Source: Actinomycetota bacterium
Lineage (GTDB): Bacteria > Actinomycetota > Geothermincolia > Geothermincolales > RBG-13-55-18
DNA: 64,000 nt
Assembly: GCA_003598015.1 (NCBI GenBank)
Contig: QZKE01000065.1
Coordinates: 8,280-72,279 of the forward strand
Reading direction: 5' to 3'
The position numbers were made by a program, and so were the translations under genes. Positions 55,212 to 63,543 of this stretch are shown here, piece after piece. A model generated the notes under the pieces. It had not been told where the DNA came from, did no database searches, and was given only the letters and a program-made list of their open reading frames with translations. Numbering within the stretch: position 1 is the first letter of the stretch; every line of letters starts with the position of its first letter.

Positions 55212-55604
55212 TCAGGCTTCAGGCTGGCTGTTTTCGTAATCCTCCCCCCATTCCTCCTGGAGGAGGTCGAAGACCTCCTTGACCTCGCCGCGGATCTCCT
55301 TCTTGCGGTTTTCCTCCTTGAGACGGCGGCGTGTCTTGAATTCCGGGTCGTGGAAGACCTTGTATATGAGTTGTCCGGCATCCTCCCCCTCGAAATCCCC
55401 GCTGAGGAACAGGGCCTGCCGGTTCTCCTCGCCGTCTTTATGCCACCTCTCAACCGCGATACCGTAGTAGCGGCAGAGGACGTTCTTGGCCTTGATCAAC
55501 TCGAACTCTTCTACCCCGAACTCGCATACGAGGTCCTCATCATAAACGAAGCCCTTATCCAGGATGAGCAGGGCAATTTTCTCGGCGAGTTCTTGCGGAT
55601 CCAA
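55212..55604 (-). CDS. Hypothetical acidic protein
   Basis: 130 aa. TTG start preceded by AAAGGGG at 7 nt. Charged C-terminal half (KTRRRLKEENRKKEIRGEVKEVFDLLQEEWGEDYENSQPEA). No recognisable domain. Confidence 0.5.
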   Translation of the reverse strand: MDPQELAEKIALLILDKGFVYDEDLVCEFGVEEFELIKAKNVLCRYYGIAVERWHKDGEENRQALFLSGDFEGEDAGQLIYKVFHDPEFKTRRRLKEENRKKEIRGEVKEVFDLLQEEWGEDYENSQPEA

Positions 55605-55694
55605 GTCAACACCCCTTTGAATGCGGCTTTACAGACACTATTATATCGGTATCATGGTGCAGAGGATTGAGGCCGAACAAGGAATCGTGATGAC

Positions 55695-58184
55695 ATGCGT
55701 AGTACAAGAGCGGCATATGCGAAGATCCTGGCGGCCATGGCAGCCCTGTTCCCCGCGGCGGCAGCCTCAGCGGTCGCCTTTACCCGCAGGGCGTTGCCGC
55801 ACGTCGCGGGAGAACTGAGGCTCCCGGGAATCGCGCAAGAGGTGCGCATCGACTACGACCGCTGGGGTGTACCCCATATACGTGCGCACTCCCTGGACGA
55901 CGCCCTTTTCGCGCAGGGATTCGTGACCGCGCAGGACCGCATGGTCCAACTCGAGCTCATGCGGCGCATCGGCTGCGGTGAACTGGCAGCGGTCATGGGG
56001 AGGAAAGCGCTTGCAATCGATATGTTCATGCGGGATATCGGCCTGCACCGCACGGCATGCAGGATAGAGGGAAACCTCGGTGATGATACCCGGCGTTATC
56101 TCGAAGATTATTCGTCGGGTGTCAACGCGTACCTGTGCAGCAGGGGCAAGACTTTGCCCCTCGAGGTCATCATGCTGGCCGCAGGGAGGCCGAGGCCATG
56201 GACGATTGTGGACGGCCTGGTGTGCCTGCTCTTCTTCGCTTGGACCATGGATGCCACCTGGACGGCGGACCTCATGCGGGGACGCCTCATCCGGGCACTG
56301 GGAAGGGAGCGGGCCGAGGTGCTCCTGCCCGCAAGCGGGCCCGGCGTCGTTCCGGTGGTGGACCACGATGGTGAAAGGCAACAGCATCGCGTGGAGCCCG
56401 CGCTGGATTGCGAAGTGGAATTCATGGCATTCGACGAAGACAATCCGTCCTGGATGGTGAAGAATATGTGCGTGCACGCCCAGGGCTCGAACAACTGGGT
56501 CGTTGGCGGTTCGCGTACTACTACCGGCAAGCCGCTTCTCTGCAACGATCCCCACGTCCAGCACACCATTCCCACCCTGTTCTACCTGTGTCATGTGCGC
56601 AGCGACGATCCCCAGTGCGATTTTATCGGGGCATCGTTTCCCGGCATACCGGGAGTGCTCATGGGAAGGAACGGGCACATAGCCTGGGGAGCCACCAGCC
56701 TCTGCCCCGATGTCGTAGACCTGTTCATCGAAACCTTTGCAGACGGTGACAGCCAGAGGTACAAGGCCGGAGACGGGTGGATGGAAGCGGATCACCACGA
56801 GGAAACGATAAGGGTCTTTCCGGGTCGCAAAGTAAAGCGGAAGGTGGTCTCGACCCGCCACGGACCACTTATCGCCAGGCACGGCGACAAGGGACTGTCC
56901 CTCAAATGGGCGGGGCATGAAGCTGAGAACGACTCCGCCGGGTGCTTCGTACATATAGCCATGGCCACGAACTGGAAGGAGTTCAATAGCGGCCTCGAGA
57001 GGTATTGCGGGCCGGCCGTGAATATGGTCTATGCGGACGAGGTCGGCAACATAGGTTATACGGCCGCTGGACGCATACCCATACGCGAAGGGCATGACGG
57101 TTCCGTACCGCTTCCCGGCGAGGACCAGCGATACGATTGGAGAGGATACATCCCCGCCGCCGAGCTTCCGCGCGTAATCAACCCGGAGAGGGGATGGATC
57201 GCCACCGCCAACAACCAGGTTGTGGGAGGGGGTTATCCCTATTTCATCACCTCCATGTGGGAGCCCTCCTGCCGCTGGAACCGTATAGCCGAGCTGCTCG
57301 AGGAGAGGGAGAGGCACGGGCCGCATCATATGCGCGAGATGCAGGGAGATGTCTTCACGTTCCACGGCAGCGTCCTGCGGCGCGAGATCTTACGGGCCCG
57401 TGAGAACTGGAATGGCGCGAGCGCTCAAGCGGAGAAAGCCGTGGATATTCTCGCGCAATGGGATTGCCGCGCTACCTCGCAGAGCGTCGCGCAATCAGTA
57501 TATTTCTTTACCTGGCGGGTACTCACCGAGCGGCTCCTGCGCCATCGCCTTGGGCATCGGATGTATTTCGAGTACACGACCTCCTTCTTCAACATCAACC
57601 ATGCGGTGGAGAGTATACTATCGGGACGCCTCGCGGAATGGCTTCCTCCCTCAGCCGAAGATTTCGACGCACTACTCCTGCAGTGTCTGGAGGAGGCCGT
57701 AATGAGACTGCAGGTCAGATTCGGTACCGCGGCCATGGAGGAGTGGAGCTGGGGTAGGTTGCACAGCCTGGAGATACCCCATTTCCTGGCCGGGATCAGG
57801 CCCCTGGGCCGGCTGCTGAACCTGGGGCCGTCGGCGCTGGGTGGAGATGGAGAGACGGTAAACAGCGCTTTCAGCGAGGGAGACCCCACCATACAGGTAC
57901 TGGCACGTTCGGCCCTGGGCGGCGCATGCGACGTCCCCTTCCTTCCCCGCTTCCACTCAGATCGTGTCTATGCGGGACCGGTGTTCAGGATGATAGTGGA
58001 CTTGTCCGCGCAGGGAAGGTCGCTATGGTGCCTGGATACGGGTCAATGCGCGAACCCGCTGAGCCCCTTCTATCGCAACTTCTTCACCGCGTGGAAAGAG
58101 ATCGACTATGCCACCATGGCCTTCAGGGAGGACGAAGTGCGGGAGTATACGCGCAGCACCCTTTGGCTTGAGCCAGGGTCCTGA
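55695..58184 (+). CDS. Penicillin acylase family (Ntn-hydrolase) protein, possible acyl-homoserine-lactone/beta-lactam acylase
   Basis: 829 aa. N-terminal signal-like AKILAAMAALFPAAAASAVAF. Processing/nucleophile motif QGSNNWVVGGSRTTTGKPLLCNDPH. Family-typical WGVPHI and GFVTAQDR. Confidence 0.9.
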   Translation: MRSTRAAYAKILAAMAALFPAAAASAVAFTRRALPHVAGELRLPGIAQEVRIDYDRWGVPHIRAHSLDDALFAQGFVTAQDRMVQLELMRRIGCGELAAVMGRKALAIDMFMRDIGLHRTACRIEGNLGDDTRRYLEDYSSGVNAYLCSRGKTLPLEVIMLAAGRPRPWTIVDGLVCLLFFAWTMDATWTADLMRGRLIRALGRERAEVLLPASGPGVVPVVDHDGERQQHRVEPALDCEVEFMAFDEDNPSWMVKNMCVHAQGSNNWVVGGSRTTTGKPLLCNDPHVQHTIPTLFYLCHVRSDDPQCDFIGASFPGIPGVLMGRNGHIAWGATSLCPDVVDLFIETFADGDSQRYKAGDGWMEADHHEETIRVFPGRKVKRKVVSTRHGPLIARHGDKGLSLKWAGHEAENDSAGCFVHIAMATNWKEFNSGLERYCGPAVNMVYADEVGNIGYTAAGRIPIREGHDGSVPLPGEDQRYDWRGYIPAAELPRVINPERGWIATANNQVVGGGYPYFITSMWEPSCRWNRIAELLEERERHGPHHMREMQGDVFTFHGSVLRREILRARENWNGASAQAEKAVDILAQWDCRATSQSVAQSVYFFTWRVLTERLLRHRLGHRMYFEYTTSFFNINHAVESILSGRLAEWLPPSAEDFDALLLQCLEEAVMRLQVRFGTAAMEEWSWGRLHSLEIPHFLAGIRPLGRLLNLGPSALGGDGETVNSAFSEGDPTIQVLARSALGGACDVPFLPRFHSDRVYAGPVFRMIVDLSAQGRSLWCLDTGQCANPLSPFYRNFFTAWKEIDYATMAFREDEVREYTRSTLWLEPGS

Positions 58185-58385
58185 CGCATGCGTTACGACC
58201 CGCCCCACTGCTTCATGGGCGTTATGGCGAGGTAATGGGAAGCGGGGTCGGGCCTTGGCATCCCGTCTCATGCCCTCGCGCAAAGAAGAAGCACCGACAA
58301 GACGGACCGCGAGACCCGACCCACCCTACGGGGAAGAGGTCGAATTGCGAGGTACTGGTGCGGTCGAAGATCATAGCGCAAGGTC

Positions 58386-58787
58386 TCAGCGGTGGGTCGA
58401 GAGGTTGGTGATAAAAGACCTGCTGCCGGTCTCCTCTTTCAGATATTCGTCGAATTCGTCCTCGCTGACGTCGATGCCTGAATGCAGAAAGAGGGTATAG
58501 AGGTAGAAGCTCATGTAGGTCCATTCCCGCTGCAGGTCTTCCATGGCCTTGTCCCGCTTGCTCTTGATCGGTATGAGACGTTCTCCCTCGTAATCCAGCT
58601 CGTTTATCTTTCTTCTCAGGTCCCTGCAGGTTCGGATGGCGTCGCGCGTCTCGTATTCAAGATCCATCTTGCTCATATTGTTGATATTACGTATCCATGG
58701 TGGGATGACCTCGGATGCCTGACCGTGTTTGTGGAGGTTGTAATAGGAGGCCAGTTTTTTCAGGACTTCCTCGGGGACTTCACGCAT
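58386..58787 (-). CDS. Hypothetical protein (last gene of the synthase/aminotransferase operon)
   Basis: 133 aa. ATG preceded by GGAGGG overlapping the upstream gene's stop. Visibly lower GC. No recognisable motif. Confidence 0.55.
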   Translation of the reverse strand: MREVPEEVLKKLASYYNLHKHGQASEVIPPWIRNINNMSKMDLEYETRDAIRTCRDLRRKINELDYEGERLIPIKSKRDKAMEDLQREWTYMSFYLYTLFLHSGIDVSEDEFDEYLKEETGSRSFITNLSTHR

Positions 58788-58798
58788 ATCATGCCCTC

Positions 58799-60106
58799 CT
58801 ACACGCTCTTATCTACCTTGAGATGGGACGGGTCCAGGGTAAGGATCTTTCGGGCAAGGTCGGGATAGCGGGCTATGAATAGCAGTTCGTCCTCGACCAG
58901 TGGTTTCTGCGTCGTAACGTTCGCATACCTCACGAGCTCCAGGATATCCCTGGCCTCCACCTCGCTCTGGAACTCCACCTCGAGTTTTTCGTAGACGTTG
59001 CGGAACCCCTTGATGCCCGAATACTCGCCCAGTGTGATGTTGCGCCCCGTCTCGATCACCTCCGGCTCCCCACGGCCGAGTTCCTCATAATCGTATAGCT
59101 CGTAGTTGCGCCTGCTCTTGAGGGCTCCGTCGGCGTGGATGCCGGATTCGTGCGCGAATGCATTGTCGCCGACACCGGGTTGATTAACGGGTATGGGTAC
59201 GGCAAATGCATAGGAAGCATACTTGGCGGTCTTCCAAGCAGCCATGAGGTTGATGGAATCGTCCAGGACCTCCTCGCCGTCGAAAAGGGTCGACTTCTTT
59301 ATGGCCAGGATTGTGGAGACGAGGTCGGCGTTGCCGGCCCTTTCACCCATGCCGTTGATGGTGGTGTTTATATAGGCGTTTACGCCCCCGTCCAGCGCCC
59401 CTTTTGCGCCGGCGACGGAATCTCCGATGGACATTCCGAGATCGTTATGGAAGTGCAGTTCGATGTCCATAGCGGTCTCTTCCGCCAGGTTCCTGATGCG
59501 ATCATAGACGGTGAAGGGATCGTTGTAACCCAGGGTGTCGCAGTAGCGCAGGCGGGCCGCCCCATGTTCCTTGGCCGCCAGGGTGAACGCGATGAGGTGT
59601 TCGTCGGAGGTGCGGGAGGCATCCTCCGCGTTGACCCCGATATCCTCGAAGCCGAGCTCCCTGGCTACCTGCAGTGCCTCTACCATCAGGTTAATCACGT
59701 CCGCGAACCTGTAGCGGCCGTTCCATTTGCCCTGTATCATCTGGTCGGACGTAGAGATGGAGATATTGATGTATTTGAGCTTCGGCACCAGTTCCCGCGC
59801 CAGCCTGACATCGCTGGCTACGGCACGCACCCAACCGGACAGGCGCGTGTGATGGATGGCCCCTCTCTCCACTAGTTCCAGGTTGGCCTGGAGGTAATTA
59901 CGCTCGTGACGGGTGGTGGGAAAACCGAATTCGCTCTGCCAGATGCCCATCTCGTCCAGGAGCATATTGAGCATGGTCTTTTCCAGCTTGGCCAGCCCGA
60001 GGCGTGAAGTCTGTACGCCGTCACGGTTGGTCACGTCTACGATATATATGCGCTTGCGGCCATCGCCGCCGCCGCTGTTCGCTGCATCACCCGTGTGAGC
60101 CGACAT
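58799..60106 (-). CDS. HMGL-like family enzyme (2-isopropylmalate / homocitrate / citramalate synthase-like)
   Basis: 435 aa. DRE-TIM barrel start IYIVDVTNRDGVQT (a variant of DTTLRDGEQ), HFHNDLGM and TINGMGERAGNA metal-site motifs. The start abuts the aminotransferase stop (60106/60107). Confidence 0.8.
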   Translation of the reverse strand: MSAHTGDAANSGGGDGRKRIYIVDVTNRDGVQTSRLGLAKLEKTMLNMLLDEMGIWQSEFGFPTTRHERNYLQANLELVERGAIHHTRLSGWVRAVASDVRLARELVPKLKYINISISTSDQMIQGKWNGRYRFADVINLMVEALQVARELGFEDIGVNAEDASRTSDEHLIAFTLAAKEHGAARLRYCDTLGYNDPFTVYDRIRNLAEETAMDIELHFHNDLGMSIGDSVAGAKGALDGGVNAYINTTINGMGERAGNADLVSTILAIKKSTLFDGEEVLDDSINLMAAWKTAKYASYAFAVPIPVNQPGVGDNAFAHESGIHADGALKSRRNYELYDYEELGRGEPEVIETGRNITLGEYSGIKGFRNVYEKLEVEFQSEVEARDILELVRYANVTTQKPLVEDELLFIARYPDLARKILTLDPSHLKVDKSV

Positions 60107-61405
60107 CTATAGCCTCCCGCTACGCCTGTCGTGTATGTCCAGGTCCTTCACGGCAGTATAAAGTATATCAAAGAGGTCCTTTATCTGCTCTCTCTCCAGG
60201 CAGGAGAAAGCTATGCGTATGTCCCTTTCGCCGATGGCGATGATGCCCACGCCGTAGGCATCCAGCAGGTGTCTGCGCAGGCGTTCCGCGTCGGTATGCA
60301 GCAGCTCCAGACACATGAAATAGCCGGCATTGAAGGGGTAAGGGCGGAAAGCTTCGGCATATACCGGTTCCTCTAGCACGCTCTTGAGTTCCGCGTACCG
60401 CTCCTTGAGCAGCAGGAATTTTTCACCCTTCTCTTCCTCGTAACCGGCCGACCTCATGGCGTGGATGAGCAGGGACTGTGACGGCGTTGAGCTCTTGGAG
60501 ATGGTTCCGCGTATCAGCCCACCGGTTTTCCTCTCCAGGGCGTTGTATACAGCATCGCGGTCCCCCTGCATGGCCAGGGAAAAGGTGATGAAGCCCAGGC
60601 GGAAGCCCCATACGTAGTCCTCTTTCGTGGGCCCATCAACTTTGATGGCGGTGAGGCGAGGGTGCGCATCTGCGATGAGGGAGAAGAGGGATTCCCTGTA
60701 CACCCCCTCGTCGTAGAAGAGGCCGGTGTAGGCGTCATCTACGCAGGCAACGATATTGGCCCCGGCTTCAGCCGCGTCAACGAGCGCCTCCGCCATGGCC
60801 GATGCTTCCTCGGGGTATGGGGAGTAGCCGGTCGGGTTATTGGGGAAGTTCAGGAGCACCAGGACCTTGCGGCGGTCCTTGTTGGAGAGCAGGGCGGCAC
60901 GGAAAGAGAGGGCGTCAAGACCACCCTCGGGCGTAAAAAACGGATACATGCGTATATCTGCGCCCCGGCGAGTCCCGAAGATCATGCGGTAGTTTCCCCA
61001 CATCTTGTCTGGCAGCAGCAGGATGTCGCCGGCGTCGCAGAACATATCGGCATATATGCTCAATCCATGGGTCAGCCCGTTTGTGACGATAGGCAGGGAG
61101 AAGCTCTTTTCCGCAAGGCCGGGGTTCAGCTTCAACTGGTGCTCGCGCCAGATGTGCCTCAGGTCAACCAGACCGGTGGTAGGGGCATAAGGGAAGGTCT
61201 CCTCGGGCTTGAGATATTTTATATACTTGCGCAGGCTGCGCAGGTAGAGCGGTTTACCCTTCAGGGTGGCGATGCCGATGGTGGCATTATAGCGATATGC
61301 CGACTTCTTGGCTTCCGCGGTCTGAGTGAGTATTCCCCGCGGGAAGAACAACTCGCGTCCCAGGGCCGAGAGCGCATCGTATACCATGGGCGCATGGGCT
61401 CTCAA
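60107..61405 (-). CDS. Class I/II PLP-dependent aminotransferase (aspartate-aminotransferase-like)
   Basis: About 430 aa. YNATIGIA, FPNNPTG, a KEDYVWGFRLGF-type Lys region, and family-typical length. The start is uncertain: TTG 61405 or ATG 61387, while a strong AAAGGAGG sits at 61453-61446. Confidence 0.8.
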   Translation of the reverse strand: MRAHAPMVYDALSALGRELFFPRGILTQTAEAKKSAYRYNATIGIATLKGKPLYLRSLRKYIKYLKPEETFPYAPTTGLVDLRHIWREHQLKLNPGLAEKSFSLPIVTNGLTHGLSIYADMFCDAGDILLLPDKMWGNYRMIFGTRRGADIRMYPFFTPEGGLDALSFRAALLSNKDRRKVLVLLNFPNNPTGYSPYPEEASAMAEALVDAAEAGANIVACVDDAYTGLFYDEGVYRESLFSLIADAHPRLTAIKVDGPTKEDYVWGFRLGFITFSLAMQGDRDAVYNALERKTGGLIRGTISKSSTPSQSLLIHAMRSAGYEEEKGEKFLLLKERYAELKSVLEEPVYAEAFRPYPFNAGYFMCLELLHTDAERLRRHLLDAYGVGIIAIGERDIRIAFSCLEREQIKDLFDILYTAVKDLDIHDRRSGRL

Positions 61406-61717
61406 CGTCTCGTTGAGCTCTATTGCCAGCGGGTCGATGGTATGACCTCCTTTTGTGGTACGTCCCCGGTGCGATAATCTGCGGGCTGAAATGAAGCGGT
61501 TTCACGCCGCGATTTTCATCAATTATATAGGAAGGAGGTGACCGCGTATATAATGCCTGGGCTCGTACGATGCACTCTCTCGCCACGGCGGGATGGCACT
61601 GGCGCAAGCCCAGAGACGGAGAACGTCGTTATCCCTCGCCCAGCTGTATAGTAAGTCACCGTTTACTAGAGTCCACCCGCGGAAAGCCGCCGGAGCACCG
61701 TCTCAGGCAGCCATGGT

Positions 61718-62380
61718 TCAGGGCTTTCCCAGCCTTATCTTGGCGATCTCCCAGGCATAATCGTACAGGTGCATGCCCTTGGAAAGGGCAAGAGTCTCTC
61801 CGGGAGCCACCCCGATCTCATCAGCCATGTATTCCTTGAGCAGCTGTATACCCGCCAGGTTGCTGGGGAAACCCGCCCAGAGGTCCCAGGAGCGGAAGTA
61901 GACGACGAAATGCAACTTGCCCTCCTCGGGATAGATACGCGTATCTATCTGGCGCAGGCAGGGAGGGTCCTCGAGGTAGATGGCATCTGCATCGCACACC
62001 GCCATGCAGGCCTGGTTGGTGCCGAACCCCTCCTCCCGGTACATGCGGATGACCTCCTGGATCTGCTTTTCCAGGTACATACCATATGTGTAATCTTCGT
62101 TATCCGCTTTGGAACAGGAAGAGCACAGTTTCTCGAGGTATTCCTGTACATAATCCATGTCGGTAGGCGGAGGGAGGCCGATACCCGGGGGGATATCGGG
62201 GATAAGGGGGCGCGTCTCCGGGTACGCCACTTTGACCACTACGAAATCGTACTCCATACGGCGGTTGCCCTTGAAGCTGCCCCGGTCGATGCGATACTCA
62301 TGCCCTTTCTCAAAGATGTTGTAGACGCACTGGAACCAGGCGTCCGGCAGATCCCTTGCCTCTAAAAAGGTGATGTCCAT
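61718..62380 (-). CDS. Thymidylate synthase family protein, archaeal/methanogen-type homologue
   Basis: 220 aa. Conserved Cys context EDPPCLRQID (ThyA nucleophile position), RSWDLWAGFPSNL (cf. ThyA RS.D...G.PFN) and LSKGMHLYD (cf. GD.H.Y). Much shorter than bacterial ThyA. Confidence 0.7.
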   Translation of the reverse strand: MDITFLEARDLPDAWFQCVYNIFEKGHEYRIDRGSFKGNRRMEYDFVVVKVAYPETRPLIPDIPPGIGLPPPTDMDYVQEYLEKLCSSCSKADNEDYTYGMYLEKQIQEVIRMYREEGFGTNQACMAVCDADAIYLEDPPCLRQIDTRIYPEEGKLHFVVYFRSWDLWAGFPSNLAGIQLLKEYMADEIGVAPGETLALSKGMHLYDYAWEIAKIRLGKP

Positions 62381-62551
62381 ATCCGTCTCGAGTCCCCCTT
62401 GTCATCAGAAACGTTATTCAACGCCACATCCATTTAATCCTGCGTTCATTCATATTACCACCGTGCAGTGACGTGAGAGGTGGCGTGAAAGGCCGCCCCA
62501 TGGGCGGTTCAAGCTCGGGCTTGACTTTTACCGTTCCCATCATTATTCACG

Positions 62552-62572
62552 CACACTTCTCGCATGAGAACC
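62552..62572 (+). repeat. 21-bp palindromic motif copy (CACACTTCTCGCATGAGAACC) upstream of the activase gene
   Basis: 18/21 match. TAGAAT at 62575-62580. 60 nt upstream of ATG 62632. Also sits just downstream of a TTGACT-17-TATTCA pair (62521-62549). Confidence 0.55.
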
Positions 62573-62631
62573 GGTAGAATTAATGGGCAGGACACTGCTG
62601 CAGCCGGGACCTGTTCGTAAGGAAGGAGACG

Positions 62632-63450
62632 ATGGCCGCAATGAGCGATAAGCCGATCGTGGGTGGATGCGACGTGGGATCGACTACCGGGAAGGCCCTG
62701 CTCATGAGGGACGGAGAGGTGCTGGGGTATTCCATCATCCCCTGTGCCGTACGCCCCGAGATAACCGCGAAAATGGCCCTGGAACAGGCTTTTTACGCTG
62801 CGGGTATTTCCGCCTCTGAGGAGCTGGCATATATCGTGGGTACCGGATACGGGAGGGTCCGCATTCCCTTCGCCTCGGAGAACGTGTCCGAGATAACCTG
62901 CCACGGGCTCGGGGCCTTCCACCTCAACCCCTCGGATCGCACCCTCATCGACATCGGCGGGCAGGACTGCAAGGTCATCAAGATAAGCCCCCAGGGGAAG
63001 GTGATCGATTTCGCCATGAACGACAAGTGCGCCGCTGGTACGGGCAGGTTCTTCGAGGCCATGGCGCGCGTGCTGGAGATATCGCTGGAGGAGCTTTCCG
63101 AGCTGTCGCTGCGCTCTCACAGCCCGGCCCAGATCACCAGCCAGTGCAGCGTTTTCGCGGAATCCGAGGTGATCACCCTGCTCAATGAGGGTGCTGATGT
63201 CTCGGACATCGCTGCCGGGATTAACGAGGCAATAGCCGCGCGTCTGAGCTCCATGGTCCGTAAAGTCGGATTGGAGGAGGAGATAACCGTCTCCGGGGGA
63301 TGTGCCAAGAACGGCGGGCTTATCGCCGCGCTGGAGCAGAAACTGGGAGTTCAGGTCAAGGCCCTGGGAATGGATCCCCAGGTCATAGGAGCCCTGGGAG
63401 CCGCTCTTATCGCAGGCCGCAGAGCCTTGCATGATGCAGGCGGGGCATGA
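62632..63450 (+). CDS. BadF/BadG/BcrA/BcrD-type ATPase: (R)-2-hydroxyacyl-CoA dehydratase / benzoyl-CoA reductase-type activase (HgdC-like)
   Basis: CDVGSTTGKALL, GTGYGR, IDIGGQDCKVI and NDKCAAGTGRFFE...SQCSVFAESEV (the two cluster-bridging Cys). 272 aa. RBS AAGGAAGGAG. Confidence 0.9.
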   Translation: MAAMSDKPIVGGCDVGSTTGKALLMRDGEVLGYSIIPCAVRPEITAKMALEQAFYAAGISASEELAYIVGTGYGRVRIPFASENVSEITCHGLGAFHLNPSDRTLIDIGGQDCKVIKISPQGKVIDFAMNDKCAAGTGRFFEAMARVLEISLEELSELSLRSHSPAQITSQCSVFAESEVITLLNEGADVSDIAAGINEAIAARLSSMVRKVGLEEEITVSGGCAKNGGLIAALEQKLGVQVKALGMDPQVIGALGAALIAGRRALHDAGGA

Positions 63451-63543
63451 GAAGGCGATTTTAATCCGGACTTTACTCACCGTTACCTGCGGGTGAAAAT
63501 ATAAGGTGTAGCGGGAAGCGGATTCCGACTCGAGGTGCGGGAT

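Noticed and set aside
55767-57365. 532-aa minus-strand ORF
   Set aside because: It is antisense to the penicillin-acylase-family gene, with no motifs and shadow-ORF composition.
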